The notes under the pieces are model-generated. The model was not told where the DNA came from, ran no database searches, and worked only from the letters and a program-made list of their open reading frames with translations. From Candidatus Hodarchaeota archaeon (GTDB taxonomy: Archaea > Asgardarchaeota > Heimdallarchaeia > Hodarchaeales > Hodarchaeaceae), in assembly GCA_029856365.1 (NCBI GenBank), contig JAHQWW010000003.1:1-64000 (forward strand): a stretch of DNA of 64,000 bases, given 5' to 3'. A program made the translations under genes and the position numbers. The stretch's first letter is position 1, and the number at the start of each line of letters is the position of its first letter. Below, piece after piece: positions 21,285 through 31,683 of the stretch.

Positions 21285-21617
21285 GTGGATGATGAGGAAC
21301 TTGTTGTAGACACTCCTTGGGGAAAGTTAATTACCTCAAAAGGATTAAAAATCCTCTTAACAGGATTTGAGAATGATTTGGAAAAAATAGGGAAGAATCT
21401 AGCTCGTATTGAAACACGCTTGGCTGAAATTGAAGGTACACATTCAAATAAAACTGTAAAGAGTCGAATTCAGGCAGTTGAAGGGTCACTTAAGTCACTT
21501 GAAGATGATATTCAAGAATTTCGTAAAAAACAAACTGCTTTTGCTGCTCACATAAAAAAGACTCTTCAAATATTCTACTCTAAACTGGATGAAATAGCGA
21601 TTGAAAAAAAAATATGA
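21285..21617 (+). CDS. Hypothetical coiled-coil protein
   Basis: Heptad pattern LEKIGKNLARIETRLAEIE...VEGSLKSLEDDI. Confidence 0.65.
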   Translation: MDDEELVVDTPWGKLITSKGLKILLTGFENDLEKIGKNLARIETRLAEIEGTHSNKTVKSRIQAVEGSLKSLEDDIQEFRKKQTAFAAHIKKTLQIFYSKLDEIAIEKKI

Positions 21618-21637
21618 AGATGATCTAGAGGGAGAAA

Positions 21638-23896
21638 TCATGGGAGAGTACGATCCCCTGGAGACCTAAAGACAGTTTGAATTCGAGTAGCGAGTTTTAT
21701 CCCAATTTGTGGAACAGTAGTTAATTCATCTAAATTAGCTGAAGCGACAGCCTGAATAGTTTTAAATTTATCCAACAAATTATTCGCTTTTGTAAAATTA
21801 ATTCCAGGGATGGCAGCCAACATGAACATTTGAATTTCTTTAATATTTTGTTCTTTTTTTGATATTGTTGGCAATGAAAATTCTGCAGGGGTATCTCTTT
21901 GTTCACGTTTTGCCAATTGAAACAGAAGTGTTGCAGTTTCCGAATCATTTCGGGTAAAAACTACAGGAATTTGGAAGTCAAGGATTATTGAACTAATAGC
22001 ACCCATGATACTGTTTATGTGAATTTGTCGTTCTATTACTTCGGATTCCAACTGAATCAGTAATAAAGGCAATCTTTGTTGTGCAAGTTTTGATAATTGG
22101 GATTGTTGTCCTGGGGATGAGGGTTGAAACAATCTTCCATCTATTATAGAACTCACAAAATCTGAATAGGTTTTCCGTTCTACTACCAAGCGGTTTGAAA
22201 GAACGTAATCACCCACTTCTAGCTCTTGAGATTGTAGAAGAGCTCCATTTCGTTTTAGTAATTTGGGAATACGACTTGTAGCTTCACGAGTATCGATAAT
22301 AACTAGAGGTACTGAAGTTTGAGGGTCGATTGGATCCTTTTCTTCTTGTTTTACAAAGAACTTATCCAAAGTTTTGATACTATCGTGAGTTTCCTTATTT
22401 TCTAATATAATTTGTAAGTCATTTTTTAGGAATTCTTTCATTTTCTTGTTCTTTCTCTTAATTGCCCAGTACATAGACTCATCGCGAGTATCCTTGGTGA
22501 CTAGGTGGATAACTCGCGATTTCTTCTTCCGTCCTCTTCCTCGTCGCTGAATTGCTCTGATAACAGAAGGTACCGAATCATAAAACACGACCAGGTCGCA
22601 ATTTCCAACATCTAATCCCTCCTCACCAACTGAAGTGCTTAGAAGAATCTGTAAGTCACCTCGTTTGAATTCCTCAACAACTTCAAGTTGTTGTTTTTGG
22701 GTTAATCCTTTATCATCCTTCGAGCTTGAATGACCAATGAAGATTCCAGTTTCAATGTTGCACTTAGACAATTCTATATTTAGGAATCGAATTGTATCGC
22801 GATAATTACTGAATATAATGATCCTAGAGTCCTGGGAAGTGGTCATTTTTAGAACATCAGTAATTTCATCTATTAGGTGTCGAAGTTTAGGATGAATTAA
22901 CGATTTTTCTGATAATACTTTCTCAAGGGCAATTATTCTATGATCTTCCAAAAATATCCTTAGGGCTTTTGATGAGGTCTTTCGACGCCATTTTTGCAGG
23001 CTATTAAACGCTTGAGGAAACCCCTGACTTTCTACGAGTTCTTTTAGATGTTGCACTCGAATTAAATTTGAACTGAAAATTAATAATCCCCCAAATTTAG
23101 AATCCTGCTTAGTAAGCTTTACAACTTGTTGGTGAATCCCTAAGGCTTCTTTTTTTCCTATATATTTGAAATCTAGAAATTCTGGTATTTGTTCTTTTAG
23201 AGAAAGAATTAGTTCATCCTGATAGTCCTCTAGAGTTTTGAGAACCGCTTTATATTCCTCAGGAAGCTTTATCCAGATAACTTTCGGAGTATGTATAGAA
23301 ATATATTTTTTAACGTCCAAATCAGTAGTATCTGTTACGGATACTTTAGTAATTCTGAGGTTCTCACACATTTCAAGAATTTTCTCTGGATTATTCCCCG
23401 GTGTTGCAGTAAACCCTATAATCTGACATTTAGCTTGAGCAGCTATTCCTACGTACGCATAATCACCAGTAGCTCTATGAACCTCATCGACACAAAGTAA
23501 ACCGATTTTTTGAAATTCTAGACGATCATAAGTTAGGTCATTTTCGATTGTTTGGGGTGTACCCACAATAATCTTGGCATTGGGATAGCTTTCTTTCCGT
23601 TTTGGAGGAGGAACTTCTCCTGATACCTCAAGAACCATATCAGAAGGCAAATTACCAATGAATTCACACATCATTTCCTTAATCTGATGAACAAGTGGTC
23701 TGGTTGGAGTTAAAATGAGAATTTTTGTTGTAGGATCCTTCTTTAAGTAATAAGCTGATAAATAAGCCATAATAACTGTTTTACCTAAACCTGTTGGAAG
23801 GACGACGAGAGTATTCCCTGAATTTGTTACACACTCAGAAAAGATGACCTGTTGGTAGATTCGTGGTTCAGCAGTGGTAATTAATGACTCATCCAA
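21638..23896 (-). CDS. hef: Hef (FANCM-like SF2 helicase + ERCC4/XPF nuclease + HhH)
   Basis: PTGLGKT, DEVH, TAT, QRRGR, GDY...ERKT..D and C-terminal HhH motifs. Confidence 0.95.
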   Translation of the reverse strand: MDESLITTAEPRIYQQVIFSECVTNSGNTLVVLPTGLGKTVIMAYLSAYYLKKDPTTKILILTPTRPLVHQIKEMMCEFIGNLPSDMVLEVSGEVPPPKRKESYPNAKIIVGTPQTIENDLTYDRLEFQKIGLLCVDEVHRATGDYAYVGIAAQAKCQIIGFTATPGNNPEKILEMCENLRITKVSVTDTTDLDVKKYISIHTPKVIWIKLPEEYKAVLKTLEDYQDELILSLKEQIPEFLDFKYIGKKEALGIHQQVVKLTKQDSKFGGLLIFSSNLIRVQHLKELVESQGFPQAFNSLQKWRRKTSSKALRIFLEDHRIIALEKVLSEKSLIHPKLRHLIDEITDVLKMTTSQDSRIIIFSNYRDTIRFLNIELSKCNIETGIFIGHSSSKDDKGLTQKQQLEVVEEFKRGDLQILLSTSVGEEGLDVGNCDLVVFYDSVPSVIRAIQRRGRGRKKKSRVIHLVTKDTRDESMYWAIKRKNKKMKEFLKNDLQIILENKETHDSIKTLDKFFVKQEEKDPIDPQTSVPLVIIDTREATSRIPKLLKRNGALLQSQELEVGDYVLSNRLVVERKTYSDFVSSIIDGRLFQPSSPGQQSQLSKLAQQRLPLLLIQLESEVIERQIHINSIMGAISSIILDFQIPVVFTRNDSETATLLFQLAKREQRDTPAEFSLPTISKKEQNIKEIQMFMLAAIPGINFTKANNLLDKFKTIQAVASANLDELTTVPQIGIKLATRIQTVFRSPGDRTLP

Positions 23897-24302
23897 AATA
23901 AACTAACTCACAGAAACTAATTGAAAAAAATTCTCAATGAAACATTTTCCCGTGATTATTAAGCATTTTTTATTCGTCAATCAAACATTTTGATTAAATA
24001 ACTTCGCTTAAAAAATCTAGACAGCACTTGAGATAGTATTAAACGGTTATAAATAGGAGATCTTCTTTATATTCCACATTCAAGAGATTATATAGAAAGA
24101 TAAAGAAGGGAATTGCGATAATTCCTGTTTATGGGAAGTAATTTTCACAAAATGAGAATTAGTAGAAATTAAAAAGCTAATATACCATTAATAGCCTATT
24201 TTTCCGAGAAAAAAAAATAAATGAGAATATAAACATACAGAAAAATATCTTTAAAAATGGGGGATCAGATAATTCATTAAAACTTAGCATTTATGGAAGA
24301 AA

Positions 24303-25136
24303 GTGATAAAAATGACCGAAAAAGAAGTACCTCAGGAAGAAGCAACATCTATTACTGAAATAGAACGTAAAATCACCCTAGATCTCTGGAAGACGAGATT
24401 ACATGGGGAAATTGTTGGAATAAAACAAAAAGAAGAATATATGGCTAAATCTCGCCAATTTACAAGAGATCTTGAACTTTTTGGTGAAGTTATTGAAAAA
24501 AAGAAAGGTGAAGACCAGACCATTGGATACGTTGGTTATCGAAAAAGTCTGTGGGATGAAGAGAAAGATAACTTAGAAAGACGTTTAGTTATTAAACTTT
24601 TTTCTAAATCAATGTATTATCAAGGAACCCTAGAAGAAATGGTCGGGAGAGAGTTCACTCGTTCATTATCTGCACGACATGATTTTCCCAGTTTTAACTT
24701 AATGATTGATGATTACGAGTACTTAATTCCACTGAACAAAATTCGTGGCGGATGGTTCGTTCCAGAATGGTTTGTTTTCCGTATCGACGATGAAGAAGGA
24801 TTTATTCCAATTATTTTAAAGCATAAGATGGGACTTGGAATTGATTATCGGGTGATAAATGGCATTGGGGATATACAATTCGGCAAAATTGATGGAAAAA
24901 AATTTGATGTAGGGGGACGATATGACATCAGCCTAAAATCCACTGATGAACGTCTAGTCGATAATGTTCTCGTGCGAGTATTGATCCTCTTCGCAGCTTC
25001 TTTGAAGTTTCACGAAGAAATTTTTAAGAAAATCAAGAAAGGAACGAAAAAAATGAAAAAAAACGAATGGCAGCCATCACTTTCGAATGAAGAAAAACTT
25101 CTTCGACGCAATCCACGAGCTATACTTAGAAAATAA
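24303..25136 (+). CDS. Hypothetical protein, possibly tubby-C/LURP-one/scramblase-like beta-barrel
   Basis: Beta-rich; GIDYRV...GKIDGKKFDVGGRYDI followed by a hydrophobic helix (LVRVLILFAASL); fold call is weak. Confidence 0.5.
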   Translation: MIKMTEKEVPQEEATSITEIERKITLDLWKTRLHGEIVGIKQKEEYMAKSRQFTRDLELFGEVIEKKKGEDQTIGYVGYRKSLWDEEKDNLERRLVIKLFSKSMYYQGTLEEMVGREFTRSLSARHDFPSFNLMIDDYEYLIPLNKIRGGWFVPEWFVFRIDDEEGFIPIILKHKMGLGIDYRVINGIGDIQFGKIDGKKFDVGGRYDISLKSTDERLVDNVLVRVLILFAASLKFHEEIFKKIKKGTKKMKKNEWQPSLSNEEKLLRRNPRAILRK

Positions 25137-25154
25137 ATCACAGGAGTACTGTCA

Positions 25155-25808
25155 TTGGTTCCTGAAGATGAGAGCTTAGAATTCGTAATTGAACATCTCA
25201 AGGATATGATTCAAGAACAACCAGATAGAAAAATAGAAAAGATTTCAGATCTGACAGGTATTCTTTCTGATTTTATGTCCACGTTTTTAGTAGTGGTTGA
25301 CGCTCTAATTTCAAGCAGCCAGTTAAGATTCGGGGCAATTGATCAAAAATTAACGGAATTTGAGGATCTTCTATTTAGTGCTTCTAATAAAGGATTATCA
25401 GAATTATCTAAGCTATCACAAGTAACAGAAAAAAGGACTATTGAAGAAATAGAACAACCAACACAAGAATCCATAGTTGAACCAACCAAATACCCACCAA
25501 TCCTATCAGGTGATGTTAGGATCCCTCCGCCACCACCTCCCCCTCCTCCTTCCACAACCTTAACAAAAAAACTAATGCCTTCAGCTAAGTCTACAGAAAT
25601 TCCTGAAGAAGATTCCATTGAAATATCAGAAGATATAGAGGTAGAAGATCTTGCAGCGTTTGCATTTCAACAACGAAAGAAAGAGAGAACTCCTCTCTCT
25701 CGTCCAGTCTCTTCAGGCTTTAGCGTAGGATCACTCAAAATGGAATTAATGAAAGAGTTAAAAAAGAAATTCAGCAGTGAAAAAGTTACTCAAAATGATT
25801 CACCATGA
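25155..25808 (+). CDS. Coiled-coil / polyproline / C-terminal amphipathic helix protein
   Basis: P9 tract at 25524-25550, acidic linker, C-terminal SLKMELMKELKKKF. Confidence 0.7.
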   Translation: MVPEDESLEFVIEHLKDMIQEQPDRKIEKISDLTGILSDFMSTFLVVVDALISSSQLRFGAIDQKLTEFEDLLFSASNKGLSELSKLSQVTEKRTIEEIEQPTQESIVEPTKYPPILSGDVRIPPPPPPPPPSTTLTKKLMPSAKSTEIPEEDSIEISEDIEVEDLAAFAFQQRKKERTPLSRPVSSGFSVGSLKMELMKELKKKFSSEKVTQNDSP

Positions 25809-26545
25809 GTCTAGTCAAAATCTATCAAAACGGGGTGAGTTCAGGTTATCTTTTTTGTTAAAAATGTTAAAGAATAATGATAGGTTTTGAATAAAATTGT
25901 AATAATCTGCTTGAAAATAATTCTAAAGAAAGAACATCATACAGTAAAAATAGACCACTTAAAAATCAATAATAATTATTGAAACAGATTATCTTCGAGA
26001 AAGGGATCCAAAGACCATTCTTTAAGGATGTTAGAGAGAGTACGATATAAATACTGTTTTCCGTAATTCAGGGCCGTCTTTAATAATCCTTCTATGCTCA
26101 GGGCATCATCAGACAAAAGAAATCCTTCATTTCGAAAGAGGAGGAACTTATTCTTAAAGCTAACTAAATAGGCCGGAATAACAGAAAGGAACTATGAATC
26201 ATATTAATGGATATCACATCAGATTTGCGAAGAAAATATCAGAAAAAAAAAGACCACAATGATAATTTAATGATGAAGAACTTGGCTAAAAATGATGGAT
26301 TTATAAAAAAAAGGTAAAATTAGTCTTAAAAGCACATTTATCATTTTATTAAACTATGAAAAAGCTTATAAGACAAATTGTCGGAAAAAAAAATCTAATT
26401 AATCTCAAATTCTGACCTGAATACCATTTCTTCGAAAAAAAACTAGTTCGATCAGCACATTATGTATATATCGTACTTAATTTATAGATACGAAAAACGG
26501 AAAAAACGGGCCTCCTGCTGTTTCAGGAAGGGTGAAGTTCATTTC

Positions 26546-26620
26546 AGAAAGGTATATATATGAATAGTTCGAATAGTTCGATTTGATTCGATTGCGTTCG
26601 GAAAATCCAAAAATCGAACT
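26546..26620 (+). promoter_or_regulatory. BRE/TATA followed by four phased TTCG direct repeats and one inverted copy (putative operator array)
   Basis: AGAAAGG-TATATATA, then TTCG at 26568, 26577, 26587 and 26597, and CGAA at 26615. Confidence 0.6.
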
Positions 26621-26762
26621 CACTACTCTGCATGTCATCAAATAAGAATGAACTGATACAGGTATGCAATGCCAAGAACATGCTCGTCACTAATTCCTTT
26701 ATAGAGTACAAAACTAGTATGTTAAAAAAGATATATTAGTTTGATGAGTATGCCATAGTATT

Positions 26763-28121
26763 TTGATATATGAAGTTGGTTGGATAGAGGATCTACAAAT
26801 GACAAAACTAGCTGACAAGATTAAAGAGGCTTTGAAAGCAGGACGTTCTGGCCAACTTGCCAAAAAAACCCCCTTTGAACGATTTGGTTTAACTCAGGAT
26901 CCATTCAGATCAGATGCAGATCTTAACAATCCTGATTTCTTTGTTGCACGAGAAAAAGTTCTTTTAGACTTTGCCATCCTAGTTGGAAATGCTATTCGTC
27001 TCTTTGAAGAGGAACCTTTATCCCCTTTTCGTCATTTACTTGCTCATGGCTTAAGAGGTAGTGGAAAATCTTATTTAGCCCGTCATTTCGATAGAGAGTG
27101 GGATCAAATCGGTTTTCAGGATTATGTGACCGTTTATACCGACTTATCTTCCTGGGGAGAACCCATTGAGGTTCAATTTAGTTCATCTTCAAAGACATTA
27201 GAGACTTATGAGAAGTTCCTTAGTAAAATTAAACTCGTTGATAAGCCTCTTATCATTTTCATTGATGATCTGGACTACACTATTACTGGTACCCCTGCTA
27301 TCCCACGTATTAAACAGTTCATAGCCGACATCGAGGCCCGAGCTGAGAATGGGGTCATAATCATCGGTTTTGTTAACAGTATAACTTTATCGATCCTCTC
27401 TGAAGACACTCATAAAATTCTCGCACGGGAATTTCTATCCCTTTTCAATCCTGAATATTTCTTTTTCCCTGTTTTCTCTAAAACCGAAATTAGAAGACTG
27501 ATAATGCAGCGATTAAGTGTTGCCAGAAACCCAATGGATCTTATTTCAGCTAAAGCTATTGATACAATCGCTGATTATAGCCTAGGTGTTCCCACAGTAG
27601 CCTTACAGCTCGCTGCGGACTGTTTAAAGGAATTAATTGTTCAAGATATTGATAAAGTGACAACCCGAATTGTTAACGCGGTTTTAGAACAGGAAGGTTA
27701 TACTGAAGCCGTAGAACTTGTAGAATCTGTTGACAAAGACACCTCGGAGGAAACAATAAACTTAATCACCTCAAAACGACGAGATATAATTGCAGCTATT
27801 CTTGGCCATCAATTACAGGAGAGATTCTTTTTTCCAGCTACAGGAGTAGATGGTTTACGTAGCTCCGATCTAGCTGATCTTTTTGCTGTGAATCTCTCAA
27901 CAATGAATTATCATCTCAAGCCTTTGACCTCCACTCTTCCCATTCCAATCTTAAAAGCAAAGGATGATGTACATGATGCTCGTTCAAAGATTTTCTATGT
28001 TGACTGGGATTCCCATATGACTAGTGCGTTGGAAATCATCACTGTTTATCAGCGATTGAGACAAAAAAAGTATCGTATAGAACCAACAGCTATTTTCTTG
28101 CCGAGGAGGAAGAAATCATGA
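26763..28121 (+). CDS. AAA+ ATPase with C-terminal winged HTH (Cdc6/Orc1- or ExeA-like architecture)
   Basis: FGLTQDPF, Walker A GLRGSGKS, Walker B IIFIDDLD, HTH SSDLADLFAVNLSTMNYHL; likely start ATG at 26799. Confidence 0.8.
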   Translation: MIYEVGWIEDLQMTKLADKIKEALKAGRSGQLAKKTPFERFGLTQDPFRSDADLNNPDFFVAREKVLLDFAILVGNAIRLFEEEPLSPFRHLLAHGLRGSGKSYLARHFDREWDQIGFQDYVTVYTDLSSWGEPIEVQFSSSSKTLETYEKFLSKIKLVDKPLIIFIDDLDYTITGTPAIPRIKQFIADIEARAENGVIIIGFVNSITLSILSEDTHKILAREFLSLFNPEYFFFPVFSKTEIRRLIMQRLSVARNPMDLISAKAIDTIADYSLGVPTVALQLAADCLKELIVQDIDKVTTRIVNAVLEQEGYTEAVELVESVDKDTSEETINLITSKRRDIIAAILGHQLQERFFFPATGVDGLRSSDLADLFAVNLSTMNYHLKPLTSTLPIPILKAKDDVHDARSKIFYVDWDSHMTSALEIITVYQRLRQKKYRIEPTAIFLPRRKKS

Positions 28122-29254
28122 AAGATACGGGACTAGATCCTGAAATCAGTGCGATATTTGAATCTGCTGCAAGGAAGGTAAAAGAAAAGAAGAAGTGGAG
28201 GAAATTAGGTTATATCTGTGATCCTTGTGATCCATTACTTCCTCTCCAACAACCTAAAGCCTTTTATGGAGAAAATCCTCAAATCGAAACACTGATTGCG
28301 AAAATCATCGATTTCATCCACGAACCTACAAAGGATCTATTGTTTTTCAAGGGACCACGGGGTAGTGGAAAAACAATTTTTGCCCAGATTTTTAAAGAAT
28401 ACAGTCAGAAGTTAGAAGTTTCAGCTAATTATCAAGATGCATCTACTTTTTTTACAGAACGCTCATTTCAACCCAATGAAGCCTTATCTTCCAGTTTAAA
28501 TATGGAGGCAGAGGATGTCATCTTTCTTGACAAGGCTTTCCATCTACACAAATCGCTTCCCAAACTTTTGACATTAAAACCACCTACAGATCATCTCTCA
28601 CCCAAAATCATTGCAATTATGGATAGTACTGAATTTGAAATTTATCGTCGCCTTTGCATTCAAAGAGGTGATAAAACTTATCAACATTTTTTACCAATGC
28701 CCTACTTGAATTCAGTAGATATCAGTAATATCCTTCAAAAACGTCTCCATATCTGTTATAGGGGCACTTTTACATCACCAATCTCTGATGAAATTATTCA
28801 GAATATAACAAACTTATCCTATGGTAATCCAGGAATAGCCATAAGAATCTTAGATGAAACCCTAAGATTTTCTCTAAATGTGGAAGATATACGTTACACC
28901 TTTGGAATTAATCCAGAAGCTTTAAACCATTTTCCTTCAAGTAAATCACCAATTTTACGTGAAATTCTTGTACGAGACGTTCAGAACGAGTTTCTTCCAC
29001 TAGAAAAACGGGAGTATATCATACATAAAGAACTGACCATTTTAATGAATAAAACAAAAAGTACGATAAGTCACCACTTAGGAGATTTATTAAGTAGTAA
29101 TCTGATCTATGAGCAATCAACGGATCGAGATAAAAGAGAGAAGGCCTATCGACCAAATAAAGCGATTTTTGGTATTCTTGAGCATCTTGCATTCGAATCA
29201 ACTACGACAGAAGATGCTCTAATTGTATTTGAAGGGATTAATCGTGAAGAATAA
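28118..29254 (+). CDS. Second AAA+ ATPase-wHTH paralog with degenerate Walker B
   Basis: GPRGSGKT, IFLDKA, SYGNPG and HTH KELTILMNKTKSTISHHL; ATGA overlap with the upstream gene. Confidence 0.8.
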   Translation: MKDTGLDPEISAIFESAARKVKEKKKWRKLGYICDPCDPLLPLQQPKAFYGENPQIETLIAKIIDFIHEPTKDLLFFKGPRGSGKTIFAQIFKEYSQKLEVSANYQDASTFFTERSFQPNEALSSSLNMEAEDVIFLDKAFHLHKSLPKLLTLKPPTDHLSPKIIAIMDSTEFEIYRRLCIQRGDKTYQHFLPMPYLNSVDISNILQKRLHICYRGTFTSPISDEIIQNITNLSYGNPGIAIRILDETLRFSLNVEDIRYTFGINPEALNHFPSSKSPILREILVRDVQNEFLPLEKREYIIHKELTILMNKTKSTISHHLGDLLSSNLIYEQSTDRDKREKAYRPNKAIFGILEHLAFESTTTEDALIVFEGINREE

Positions 29255-29651
29255 TTATCAGTTACTTGGATTAGAGGAGCTAACCCTCGAATATTGTCGA
29301 CAACGTAATTTGATTGTTAATCGAGATTTTCATCACCATGGAGACAGTCAAATCAATCTCATTATCCAAAATGGTGATGAGAACGAAGGTATTGGAGTTA
29401 TCATTAAAGACTGGAAACGTGCTGTTGGTGTTGATATCATTATCCGTGCGGAAAAGATCATGAAAAATAGTCGGGTTTTATCAAAGATGCTAATTGTAAC
29501 AAATCTCTTTTCAGACCCCGCGCGTTCCCTAGCAGAAAAAATTCGAATTTTTTTACTCACAAGGAATGATTTGATTCGCATTCTTTCTTCTGGGATAAAA
29601 TCAACCACAATAGAAGATAAACCTGATAGCCAGAATGTTATGTTGTACTAA
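29223..29651 (+). CDS. Mrr-like restriction-endonuclease-fold protein, probably catalytically degenerate
   Basis: IKDWKRAVGVD...LIVTNLFSDPARSLAEK..IFLL matches the Mrr_cat pattern; likely start GTG at 29244. Confidence 0.7.
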   Translation: MYLKGLIVKNNYQLLGLEELTLEYCRQRNLIVNRDFHHHGDSQINLIIQNGDENEGIGVIIKDWKRAVGVDIIIRAEKIMKNSRVLSKMLIVTNLFSDPARSLAEKIRIFLLTRNDLIRILSSGIKSTTIEDKPDSQNVMLY

Positions 29652-29801
29652 CAAGGTATGGTATTAAAATTAATAAAAGATACAGCAATTTTAATCACAT
29701 GAGGTCATCAATTAGCCCGTTACCGTCACTAATAGCTCTGAGATGGTGATAATTTCAGTTCCATATTTCCAAAAAAAATGAGTAAAAAAACTGCAAATTA
29801 T

Positions 29802-30227
29802 TTAGTTCGAAGTATTTACGTAAAACGTTAGAAATACTAATGTTGGGATCCTTGATTGAATCTGTTTGAAGTGATGCGCAAAGTAACTTGACCTAGGTAA
29901 GAACACCTCAAGCAGAAATGGAGTAGAATTTGTTAACCCAAGGATTTTTTCTATCGCCCACTTTTCAAGCTTTTCCCCTAAGACATAGTATTGGCTCTTT
30001 CTCTTCTGAAAAATGAACGGTAACATCAACTGATCATTTAAAACGTCTGGGACTAATCTTTTCATCAGTTCGAGTTCTGAGATTTGCACATATGATTCTT
30101 CCCCGTTGTTAAGCACAATCACAGGATGGGAGAGAAGCTTTGTCAAAGACTTTTTTGTTTTGGGCAAAGATGCGATGATTTTCGCTTTTTCTGATTTCCA
30201 TAATCCTTCTAATAGTTTTTTTGACAT
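29802..30227 (-). CDS. DUF61/UPF0216 family protein
   Basis: LP..KKSL..LL..P...L.NG......ELE...LMLP pattern. Confidence 0.65.
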   Translation of the reverse strand: MSKKLLEGLWKSEKAKIIASLPKTKKSLTKLLSHPVIVLNNGEESYVQISELELMKRLVPDVLNDQLMLPFIFQKRKSQYYVLGEKLEKWAIEKILGLTNSTPFLLEVFLPRSSYFAHHFKQIQSRIPTLVFLTFYVNTSN

Positions 30228-30290
30228 TGCATATCGTTCTCTCTATTCTTCTGGATGTATGCTTAATTAAACACTATAATTCTGTAGTAT

Positions 30291-31040
<750 letters not shown>

Positions 31041-31683
31041 GGTCCAATCGCCTGAATGTACTCTTATTTAAGGGCTTTTCTTTAGAATTCTTTAACTCTT
31101 TTTGGTACCAACCTATTCTCAATTCAACTAGGTTTTTATTGAATGAGAGGATAATTTCATTTGACTTCCAATATTATTCCATTCAAACTAAAAATAGCTA
31201 ATCCTCCGGCGAGATTTTACGATATTAAAGAAAGAAATGGTTGTAATAGCATTTTCAATCGAAATTACGTAGTATTCCTTTATATTGGCTTCGTACAAAT
31301 ACAATACCATCTTTTTGATCATATGTGGAGACTCAGGCATGTAACGTTATCTTGGGGGGCATATTCTCCTGTCTAGTTAGACTATGATTGTTCCAGTGAG
31401 TAACTGTTCGGATATATGAGGAATTTTTCTTGGTTTGTTTATCCAATAAACTGTTTTTTAGGTGATACTTTTTTTTCCAGCCAATGTTGATAACTTCATC
31501 GTCACATCTAGCTAGAATTCGGTGTATATGAACCCAGATATTTCAACAGACATCAATTCCATCGTTTTATGAGTTGTAAATTGAGGCGTGGAATAGCTTT
31601 TCGAGATGAATTGATAACAAAATTGAATCGTAGAACAATCTACATAAGTTTTTTAGTTAATTCTTAGTTAAAACCTAAAATTA

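Noticed and set aside
25809-26762. Canonical ORB-containing replication origin
   Set aside because: No convincing TCCAxTGGAAA...GGGG ORB/mini-ORB match; only TTCG repeats and a short TCCTG/CAGGA inverted repeat, so an origin is not called
26763-29254. Naming the AAA+ pair cdc6/orc1
   Set aside because: The architecture fits, but typical Orc1/Cdc6 sequence motifs are not recognisable and the HTH looks ArsR-like
31041-31683. 71-aa ORF 31161-31376, or a decayed gene/transposase in this intergenic gap
   Set aside because: Atypical composition, no motif, and the minus-strand frames I translated have frequent stops with no recognisable homology
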